This document shows, piece by piece, positions 31,401-43,400 of a stretch of DNA of 64,000 nt. The DNA is from a virus: the IMG/VR virus record IMGVR_UViG_3300035047_000236; one strand, 5' to 3'. A program made the position numbers and the translations under genes. Position 1 is the first letter of the stretch, and each line of letters starts with the position of its first letter. The notes beneath the pieces were generated by a model. That model made no database searches. It had not been told where the DNA came from and worked only from the letters and a program-made list of their open reading frames with translations.

Positions 31401-34400
31401 CTTTATATATTTAACTGCTTCTTCATTAGTTCTATCTAAGTTTATGCCTCCATACTCAGTAACGCTTCCGATCATTGAAGGGGCATACTTTGCTACTGCT
31501 TTTTGAAAGTCCTTATCTTGTTTTTCTATGTCAGCTCCGAAAAACATAGGGCTCTTATACTCTCTTATATCTTTTAATCTATTTAATTCTTCTGGATCTT
31601 GTAGTTTTTTAAGCTCTTCTTGGGCAGTTCCTAAAGCATTGTATCTATTTATCAACTCATCTAAACTATCAATCTCTTTTTTGTTTGCCTCTATTACGCC
31701 GGCCTTTGAATCCTTTAAATCTTTAGCAGACCCTACAAAATCCTTTATTGAGCTTATTGCTTTTGGAGCCATAATTCCTAATCCCAAACCAGTTCCAAGT
31801 AAAGGACCCATGGATTTCAGTATGGACGCATGATCAGAGCCAAGGTTCTCCACTAAAGACATACCTAAATTTTCTATACCTGACCCTGCGCCTTTTGTTG
31901 CTTTCCCAACATATTTAATTGGACTTGCAACAAACGTTTCTGCTGCGGCTGCTGCTAATTGGACAGGTATTTTTGGTACAAAACTTCCAACAGTAGTAAG
32001 TTTAGATATAGAGTTTCCAACACTTTCTACAAAAGAACCAACAGCTTTTATTGGTTTGCCAGTATCACTAGCAGTTAATCCTAAAAACTTATTATAATAT
32101 CTTCCAAAAGCAAGTAAGGAATATCCTAATTTACCTAACGAACTTTCAAGATCATCAAACCCTGCACCTTTTTGTATTGAATTCAAACCAAATAGATCTG
32201 GGTCTTTCTCATCTCCAGTACCAAATAATTCATGTCCTCCTACTTTTATACCTTTAGAAAACTCCTTCTTTAGTCCAGAAAACGCTATTTTGCCTTTGTC
32301 AACTATCTGAATTAAGTTGCTTAAGACGCTTTGTCCCTTAGACACATAAGCAAAGAAAGCTGCTGCTCCTGCTGCTGCTAATTTAAATTCACTTGGTATT
32401 GCATTTATTACAGATAGGGCTCCTCTTATACCGGATAATCCCATTTTGAAACTTGGTAGTACCAACTTACCCATCTCAATCTTTAGCTCTGAAAACATGG
32501 CTTTAGTTTGTTCTAATTGCTTAGAATATGTCTTCATAAGAATTAAATTTCTTCTTTCGGCAGAACCCTTAGAATCCATACTATTTTTTACATTTCTTAG
32601 TGCTTCTGACCAGTTATCCATCAAAACTAAAACCTGATTATATTGTCTAGTTCCACCAAGGCCTTGAGCTATAGCCATTTTCTGTGCCCTAGATAGATCT
32701 CCCCACTTTTTAGATAAATCATCTAAAATATCAAAACCAGATCTCATTCCCCCTTCTTCGCCTAAAATACTTACGCCCACTTTACTTAATTCTTTAGGTC
32801 CGGTGTCAGTACCCAATCTTCTCATTATAAACCTAAGAGAAGTTCCAACCTCTTTACCTGTTTGCCTTGTAACAGAACCTATAGCTGTAACAATACCATT
32901 TAATTGATCAAATGTAAATCCTGCGTTTTTGGCAGCCGAAGCAGATTTTTTGATGGCGTCTGCTAAGTTTCCAGAGGTAATAGCTGCTTTGGACTCCACA
33001 TTACTCCAAGAATCTAAAAACCTTATAGACTCTTTACCTTCTTCTGTAAAAACTTTCATAGCAGCGGTTAATGCTTCTGTAGCATCTGTTGATTTAAGGG
33101 TGGTAATATTAGACGCTAAAACAGCAGTCTTAGTTCTATCTGTGACATCTTCCTGTGGTAAACCCTGTTGAGCAAAAACCTTCATTCCTTCCAAAACACC
33201 AGTAACTGGAACTCCGTATTGTTTTGCAAGTCCTACAGAAGTTTTTTGTAAAGAACCAAAATCAGTATTAACTGGGTTCATAACCATTTGTAATTGAGCC
33301 ATTGCTACTTCAACATCACTAATTTGATCTATGGAATCTTTTATATAATCTAATCCGCCATAAACTAAAGAAGCTGCCGCTCCCCATTTTATAACTCTAT
33401 CTATAGCCACCGAGAATGTTCTATTGCCATCAGTCATAGATTTTAATAGATCTTTTTGTCTTTTGGTGAACGAACTAACCTCTTCCCCTGTACCTCTTAT
33501 TACATCACCATACTTCATAAAACTTTCTTTTTGGTTTTCAACAACCCTCCCAGAAGGTTCAAAAACCTTTTTATCATATACAAACTTTTCTCCTGCAGAC
33601 GCCCCTCCCTTACTTTCAGGAGTAGAAAAATATCTTTCTACATTACTAATATTTCTAAGATGTAAAGCTTCCTGTTCTTCCACAGAAAGATCTTTAGATA
33701 CAGGAATAATTGATGGTCTTATTTTTTCTCCAGTTGGGTTACTGTATTTCTCTGATTCTGTATTAACATTTATCCAAACTTTTTCTAATGATTTTAAAGT
33801 TTTAAGGACGTTCTGTAAATAAGCAACCTGTTCACTAGAGTATCTATCTCCTATATCATAAGAAAGCTGTTCTCTTAAGGCATCCTTTAGTCTTGACAAT
33901 CCAGAGCTTACTTTTGAAAAATCCCAAGTTTTACCTATTTCTTCACCTGCTCTTGCTACTAACTCAGCGTCAGTGTATACATCTATAAGAGCTTTATCAA
34001 TGCCTATAAGATCCACTAAAGCTTCCCTTATAGACTCTCTTGGTATAGGAGCTTTTTCTCCTTCAAAATCCAACATCCTATTGAATATAGTTTTTAGTGT
34101 TTTATCTTCTTCTAATGGATCTGATGCTTTTTTTATTAATTCTTCTGTTGTAAGCCTTACTCCTGCTTCTTCAGCAAGTTTTGGGTGTATGTACATCCTG
34201 TCTTCTGTGTATATATCAGTTTTCTTTCCTAAATCTCCTTTAACAGAGTCTTGAAATTTCTTTACCAACCCAGAATATTTATCAAAAGACTTAGTCTGAC
34301 CAGCAACATCTCCTTCTGCTTTAAAACTTTCATATTCTCCAAACGACTCTTTTATTAAATTTACATAATAATCGCCTACAGCAATCCTATATGCTTTCCA

Positions 34401-37400
34401 AGCATTCATAAACTCATTAAAATCTATATCTCCAGAATCCTTCATTTCTGACATAACTGACGCAAACTCCGCTCCCCTAGGGCCCTCTTCTAGTGTTTTA
34501 GTTATTTCCTGCTGGATTCTTTCATTAAATTTCTTAAAACCCTCACTGTCTATATCAACACCTTGAGACCTTTGGTATCTACTTGCGTTCTGGTGTAAAG
34601 ATGTAAGTGCCTTTTCTATATGAATAGTGCCTAAACCTTCTATTACAGGCCTTGATTTAGGTTTATAGGTAAAACGATCCTCCATAGCTTCAGAGTCTTT
34701 TCTTATTGACTCAACCCTATTTCTAAAATTCTTTACATCCTCACTATTTATATACGCGTCTTCAGATGAGACATAATCGGACGATTTATATCCTACTGTT
34801 TGTCTTCTTTCTTGAGCCAAATTGTAATACTCTTTAAGAACATCAATGGCTTTATTTAGTTCATCTAACGGTAAATCTTTTTCTGGAGGCCTGCTAATTA
34901 TTTGTTCATGAGACTCTGTTTTTCCAAAAGTCTTTCCTTGTCTTATTACTTCTTCTCTTGCTGAAGAAACTGCTCTCATATCTCTTTCTAATAATTTATC
35001 GTCAAACTTATGTGATAACACAGCCGGACCTTTGTCAGGGTCAGTGCTACTATAAAAATGAGCAAATGAGTCTGCTCCTTTATTTGTTGCTGCTAAGTAT
35101 AAATTCAACTGAGAAGCTACCTCATCTAATTTGGTATTCTTTAAGTAATTTGATTCTTTACTATTTATAAATTCTTTTATTTCCTGTAAACTAGGTGTTT
35201 CCTTACCTGTTTTTTCTCTAAAAGCTTTAATAGCATCAAATAGTGCAGAAAAGTTATCATCACTTACTGTTTTAATATCTACAATATGATCTGTTATTCC
35301 TGAACCATCTTCCCTAACAACATCCATAGTTCCAGAAAACTCTCCACCTATCTCATCTACAAATTTAGGTATAGGTTTTTCTACAAAAGTATTTAGTTTT
35401 TCGCCTGTTTTACTAATCACATTTTCGCTTTTGTATTTATCTTCAAGTTTTTTATGTATAGCAGTACCAAGTAAAGATGAAGATCTGCCTATATGATTCA
35501 TATCCTCTTTATCTGAAACCATAGTCTTTACTATTTCTTCAACCTGTTTATCTGGAGTAAACTTATCTCCTACTTTCTTTGCTGCATAACCTCCTTTAAG
35601 TCCACTGGCTCTATATTTTTTTCCAAAATCACTTTCACCAATAATAGAACTTTTATCTGTACCAATAAGTTCTTCGGCCCATTTTACTTTTTCCATAAGT
35701 TCTTTAGAAATACCTTGTGGCATAACACCTACATCTGATGGAGTGACACCTATATCAGAAAATGCTGCATTTCTTGAAAACGAATCTGGGGATGCAAAAT
35801 TTAAACTTACTCCATCTGCTACTCCGACGACATAAACTGGAACAGGTTTATCTGACATTCCTTTTAAATCGAAAGATGGTGGTAAATTGGGACCCATTGG
35901 GGTTTCAGGAATACTTCCTCCTTGACTATACAGAGAATGACCAGAAGAAAGTATTCTATCAGAAGCATCTTTACTAATATAATCCTTTATCTGAGGTCTA
36001 TCTGGTTTATAAGCACCAGAAGAGGGAGCAAACTCTAAAAGAAAATCCATCTCTCCTTTTTTAGTTTCTGCGGTCCTTATAATAGTATCCATCTGGGCTA
36101 TAGCCATAGCCCTTTTCTTCATTTTATCTCTTTCTCTTTCTTTAGTCTTTTTATTTTTTTCAAACTCTCTTTTATATTCTTCTTCTGTATCATAATTTTC
36201 CCTAGATGGGTCTGGGTATTCCTCTTCCACCCTTCTTCCTATCTCATGATCAAATTCAAAATCCAGTTCTCTTATAGTTCTTTCTGTCATGCTTGGCGCG
36301 CCTACAGACCTAGCATACTTTTCTACTTTTCTTTTTATATCTTTGTAATTTTCAGGTTTTAAAACATCTTCTGTTGCTGAATGCATGGGAGCTTCACCAT
36401 AAAGTCTTTCTACAACTGGTGACGATATTCTGTCTCCTTCAACCTCCATCATTTTATTTAAACCACTTATAACCCTAGCATCATTCTTAAGATTTTTTAT
36501 AGTACTATCCACCATCTTAGAATATGTATCTCTTCTCTTTTTATCAGAATTAGAAAAATTTGATATGTCATCGTAAAGATTTTGAGAAATAGCCTTTGCA
36601 AACTTATATTTATATATTAATTTTCTGTCTGGATCATCAGCTTCTTTTGTTTTTGGGTCTATAACTCCTAACAACTCAGATGTATCTACATCCCCAAATT
36701 TTTCTTTATACTTACGTATTTGACCAGCTGGTTTAGCAGTGAAAGTTCTGTATTTATATAGTGGTGTTTCTATTTTCTCAAAAGTTTGACCTATATCTAT
36801 ACCGCCTGTTCCTAATTGTTTTCTTATTTCTGTTGAAGCATAAGCTTCAGCATCTTTATCATTTGTAATCCCTTTTATGCTTTTTGCTTCTTCAATTAAA
36901 GCTTCTCTTGCTGCATCTATAATCTGGTTTGACCACTCTATAAGATATCCTTTAAACCCTATAGAATCTACTATATATTTCTTTAACTCTTCTCTATCTT
37001 TTCCTTCCACTTTGGACATCTCGCCTCTACCTGATGCTATCTTTTTTGCATCTTCTAATATAGCACCAGTAGATAGTTTACTAAGCCTCATACCAATAGC
37101 TTTTTCATTTGATTCAGCAAACTCCTTTATATCCTTATATGACCCTTTACCCTCCTCTATTTTAGATATAAGTTTTTTTGCGCCTGGCTCACCTTTTGAC
37201 ATTAACTTGGCTATTTCTCCAGCAACAGGTACCTCTCCAGCATGTTTTACATCAAAACCTTTTTGTTGTGCAACCCTAATCAACTCGTTGGCCATGAAGT
37301 TTAGTTCTTCTCCCATATGTTTCCCTGTTACATTTAAATCAGAAGGAAATCTCTTAGCCATTTCAGGACTAAAATTATAACCGAATTCAGAGTTAATTAT

Positions 37401-40400
37401 ACCTGAACCAGCACCAATACTTCTTTCGTGTATTTTTAAAAGCCTGTTTGTTGCTTCTGTGTCTGGTCCAGTATTTATTTTAAATAATTGTGCATTTATA
37501 GTACTAAGGTATTTAGTATTAAAAAGTTCTTCCTTTATACCATTATTTATAGCCTTAGCTATATTACCTCCTAAACCTTCTAATTCATCAAGTAGATCTT
37601 TAGAGTATTTTTCTACATCTATTTCACCTTCACTATCTGTTGGAGGTTTTACATTTGATATAGCATTAAAAACTTTATCTATGTCTTCTGGACTTCTAAA
37701 TACAGATGGAATTACATCAGCTATTGCATTAAAAGGAAGTTTAGGCTCTCCTGAAGAATCTGGTGTTTTAGCTAATATATTTAATCTTTCTTGGTCACTC
37801 AAATATTCTAATTGCTCAGTAAGAAAAGGCTTTGTCATAAAACCGAAACCTTCTTCTTCTGGGAACTTTTTACTAAAAGCCAGTTGTTGCTCTGCCATAG
37901 CATATTTGCCAGTTGAACCTACCATTGCGCCATAGGTAAATTCATCCCTAAACGCTTTACTTGTAGGACCAGCAGCTGTATCAGGTGAATGAGTATATTT
38001 AAAGTGCTTTTCTATTTCTCTTCTGGCTTCAGCAGTTTTTGCAGAATGTATCTCTATCTGATCTCCATCAAAGTCTAGTTTTTGCTGTTGTGCTATATAT
38101 TTTGGTATTAACCCAGATAAGGCATTTTCAAGTTGACTAATTATGTTTAACAAATTATCTATCTTTACTTCATCTGGTTGTTCTTTTTTGTATTCTAAAT
38201 CTACCTTATCAGTTAGTGATTTTATTATAGAATCTATCTCTTTTTTGTTTGCATCAAAAGCATCAAAATCTAATTCTGGTATACCTGGGGCTGTAAGAGA
38301 GTGTTTAGCTAAATGTCGTCCTCCTTTTTCAGGTTTAAGTAATTTAGCCTCATAAGGTTGGACACTAGATATACCTGTAAAAGGATACCTTACACTCTCT
38401 ATATAAGGAGTTAGTTCCTTTCTTAAATGAATATCCATTTTTTGTTTTTCTACACTATCTTTTATTTTATCAACAAAAGGAAGTATTGACTCCCTATATT
38501 CCAACATCTCCTTTAAGTTAGAATCAACTTTAGTTGGTTTTAATAAAGGGTCTATCCTGTCTTCTTTTTTATTTACACTATATCTTTTTGTAAACTGAAC
38601 AGGAAGTTTTTCAGCATAAAAATCTGGAACACCTAATTCGTGTTGTTTTAAAACTGGTATTCCTTTCTTTTTGTGTGCTTCTATTGCCTTAGCATGTCCT
38701 TCACCTATCTTACTAATTTCTTTAGAAACATCACTTAACTTATTGAATTCATCCCCAACACCATAAGAATCTTCTGATAATATATCATTGATGGTGTTTT
38801 TAAACTCTTCAAATTCTGATGTTTTATCGACAACAGCTGTTACTGCTTTTGCCATAACAGCAGGTATTTTTCTTGTAAAAGCAAGTTCTTGTATAGAACC
38901 AGTTTTTCCTATTACTGTTGTTGCTATAGAATTATAATATTCTATCTTTGCTTTTTCCAGCGCTTTTATCTTATCTTGAATATATTTATCACTATGTTTT
39001 TGATCTACACCAAAAACCTTAGCTATTTCTCCTACCGGTGCTGGACCTATATCAGATGCTATATTCAGGGCTCCTGGTGCTTTGAATCTTTCTTTAAAAA
39101 TTTCTGGAGCATCCTCAGACGGTTTGGTGAATTGGCCTAGTAACTGATCTGCAGCTTGATCTATAGTAGATTGGTAAACCTCAGAAATAGGTTTACCTTC
39201 ATTTATCTTCTTTTGTCTAAACTTCATAACATAGTCGGCTCTAGTTACACCGGTTTTATCGTATGCTGGATTAACTTTATAATTAGAAAGAACTTTAAGC
39301 ATGGGATCTAATATTTCGTTTAGTCTTAACTCCCCCATATCACCTATATTTTCTACATATCTTCCTGTTCCACTGTCTTTGGTTATGGTTCTGGCCTCTG
39401 ATCTTAGATTAGAAACTTTACTCTTTATTAATCCAATGGTTTTAAACTTATCTTCTTCAGTTTTAGGGGAACCAGTGGTAGCCTCATCCAAGTCTTTGGC
39501 TGCAACTACTACACGATTTAATCTTCTAGATATTATATCTAAACCATACTCTCCTGCCATTGTTGGTTCAGGATATGTTGTTCTACCTATAGAGCTAGGT
39601 ACATACAAACTGTCCCTTTGTTTAGGATCTCTTGTACTAGGTATTTGAAGACTTAAAGCGCCTGGGTATTTCTCATAATCAAGTACAGTATCTTTGAAGC
39701 TTCTTGGGTCTTTTACCTTTACAGTATTACCATATCTATCTGTTTTAAATTCTGAGTCGTCTTCAAAATGACCAGTACTTTCTGTAAACCCATAAAGATC
39801 TGCTACATCTACTTTCTTGGCTGAAGATAATAATTTTTCAGCCATATCTTTTCTACTACTGTTTATGGTTTGTAAAACCTTTATATATTCCCAATGCTTT
39901 TTTGACTCTATTGGTACATCTTCTGCTACTTCCCCAAGTAATTTAGAACTTTCACCAAATATCGCAGAATAAGCTCCAAAGGCAGGAAGATTTAATCTCT
40001 CTCCCTTTATTTGTTTTTCTATATCTGTTGATGACCACTCTGCGTATTCATGAGGATCTTCAGTTATTTCAACAAATTTCGGTCCTATTAGACTTTTTCT
40101 CTCTGTACCAAACTCATCAAATATATCACTATAAAAACTGGACCTGTGCTCTAGCTCTGCTAAACTTTTTGCTTTATTTTTCAGTTTACTTATCTCTGAT
40201 TCATCTAAAACTCCACCAGATTTACGTTTTAGCATTTCAAAAATTTCTTCTTGTATTTTACCTATAGATTCTTCTTGTTTTTTAAAACCTAACGCACCAC
40301 TTATTTTATTAAGATTTAATTTTTCGTCATATTTGTCTGTAGGTACTCCAAGCATGCTCTTATATACATCTGGTTTGAATTCAGTTTCTAAAACAGTTTT

Positions 40401-43400
40401 TCCTGAACCTCCAGAACTTATAACGTTATTCATTATAGCTTCTAAATTTTCAGTCTGCAATCCCCTCTTTGCTATACCATAAGAACTAAATCTAATGTCT
40501 ATAGGTCTTTCTACATTAGGCATACCCCCTGGTACTTGTTTACTATACAAATCTTTTACCTGTGATATACCCTCAACATCTTTTTTAATATCTATATTCA
40601 TTTTAGATAAAGCATCTTTTACTTTATTAAAAAGTATTTGTTGTGCTTCAGCTTCATATTCTGGAACAACACCTAAGTTTGCATCCGTAAACATACTAAG
40701 AATAAATTTATTTCCACTCTCTATAAGTTCTTTTGATAAACTAGTATCACCTTTGTTCTCGAAAACTTCACTTAATAATTTTCCCATGCTTTTTGGCATT
40801 ATTGCTGTGCCAAGACCTGCTTTACTTCTATCTTCTTCTGGTATTATTTCAACTTTTTTATCTTTTATAATACTACCTAGTTGCTCTCCTGTCATTTCTG
40901 TAGCGCCAGACGCTAAAACAGATACACCTTTTGAACCGTATCTTGTTGTAAACTTTCGGCCATAATAATTAAAGAATGTTTCCACAACTTTAGCTATTTG
41001 AACATTTAAAGGTTTACCTCTTACAACTGTTATAGCTTTTTCAACATCTTTTATTAGTGCCTCATCTGCTCTACCTCTGTACTCTTGTTTGACACCCAAA
41101 ACTTCTTGAAACACTTTGTTTGCGTTTTCAAGACCTACCAAACGGTGGTTTTCCTTTATATCACCTACCTCACCTGTTTCTGGTGTTTTTATTTGACCGT
41201 ATTCATTGAAGAAACCCACACGTCCAAGTTTATCTGGCTGTACCATAGTTTTAACATGCTGTGTCAACACATCGGCCAACTTTCCAGACACAACTATCTG
41301 ATCTTCAAATGTGCTAGCAGTATTTCTTAGCTCTGCTATAACATTAAAACCATATCCTTGATCTCCGTGCCTTCCTGATACAATTAATTCGTGTTCCCTA
41401 GAACTTCTAAGAGAAGGTGTCTCTGTGCCTATTATTCCATCTCCAGGTCTATATGCTTTGGCTCCAGTAGTACTAGCTATATTTCTGCCCAACTGTTGAA
41501 ATTGTTTTCCAAAAGGAGCCAATTCCGCCAAAGAATCTGTATACATTTTAATACTAGTAGAATCCAAACCTGAAAGAGCTATATCATCATACTTGCCTAA
41601 TTTTCTATACTCATTTAAAGTTGATGCTTGTGTTTCTGGAACACCTAAAGATGATATAGTTGTTACATCCATTGGTATATTGCTATCCGACATACCGTAT
41701 GCTTTAAGAGCTTTTTGATTACCCATAAAATCTTTTAAATTAAGGTTTAAATCTCTTATGAATTGTTTCTGATCGTCTGCTGTGCCACCCACCCCAGGAC
41801 CATACGTCGGTGTTGACAAACTCATAAGATTTATAATTTTTTCCTGATGTGAGTATCTTCTTGGCTTACTTTTGTCTGCTATAGGAACTGTTCCTATCAG
41901 CTTATTTATAAGTGTTTCAAAATCCCTAACATTTGCATCGTATTGAGGTCTATTAGATAACTTATCTAATACATTTTTATTTTCTCCAGGTATATTTAAT
42001 AATTGGTAAATAACATCATATATATTTTTAAACTCTATTTTTTCCATACTCTTGGCTAAATCTACAGCATCCACACCTAAAGTCCTCATTTCACTTATAA
42101 GTGTTTCTACACCTACATTTCCTGATTTAAATCCCTCTGCCAAACCAGAATCCAATGTTTTATTAACCTTTGATATAAACTCTGGTGAAGATTTTTCCGG
42201 TATTTGTCCTAAGTCTTCCATTTTTTTAGCTCTGATTACAGCAGCTTTTCTGTATTGATCTACTATTTTACTTCTAACTTCTGGTCCTTTTTCAACATCT
42301 TTAGGCGTGGCCCAATCCATTAACATCTGTTCTGAAATACTTCTAACCAACTCATGGTCTCTTTCTTTTGGACGTATTCCTAATTTCTTTACACTGTGTT
42401 TTGCTACATCAAACTTACCTACAGAAAGTAACTCTTCTATCATAGACTCAAAACCAGTTTTATACGTAGCAAATTTAGGTATTACTCTTTGGCTTCCTTG
42501 TTGTGTATCAAAAACCATAGACCCAGACTCAGACATTCTTGCTGCTGGTATAGCTAATTCTCTAACTAATGGTTTCTGCTTGCCATCCTCAGTTCCTTTA
42601 GTTAAATAATCGTTTGCTATTATCTCATTAACAGTTTTCCTATATAAATCTTCTAACAACCCTTCTGAATCCAATCCCCTCATCTTTGAAACAAACTCAG
42701 GTGAAGGTTCAGTTCCTTCTTCTTTTGAAAACCTAGTTTTTATATCTAATAGTCTTTTTTTTGTCAAATCGTCTATATCAGGTACTTCCTCTATTGCTCC
42801 TTTCGACATAGTTTTAGTCCATTTTGCCATTATTTCTGGAAGCCTGTGACCAGATCTAACCATTGTAGTTTTGAATAGATTTTCTTTGTATTTTTCTATA
42901 AGTACTTTAGGATTAGACATAGCAGAATCATCTAAATTAAACTCACTTTTTAATTTACCTTTACCACCTAATGATGCCTGTAATCCTGCAATATCTGCGA
43001 TCTTAAAACTAAATTGTTTTCCTGATCTCTTCTTATTAATTCCACCAACAAGAGAAAAGTATTCTGATATATTTTGATCAGCTGCGTCTCTAACTATTGA
43101 CCAGTCAGAATCTGACGCCTTTAAACCTTTTTCAACTTTCTTTACCATGAATTTTTGAAGTTCTGCTAATGATTTTGAAAGATCATCTGCGTTTGCTTCA
43201 ACTATAAGCCTCTGAATTTCAGCTGAAGGTAAAGATTCTATCTTTTTTTGCGGAAAATCAGATTCTTCTGATGGAGATATAACTGTTTCTTTGTAAGAGT
43301 ATTCTTCACCCTTACCTTTTCTGTAAGATCTTGCGCTTGAAGCTTTATATGTACTACCTTTGACATAACTATCCCCTACTGAAGATATGGGTTTTTTTGA

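Noticed and set aside
38060-41900. Intein explanation for the long insertions in the RNAP region
   Set aside because: No C/S-start and HN-C/S/T junction motifs or LAGLIDADG core were seen. The inserts are short and helical.
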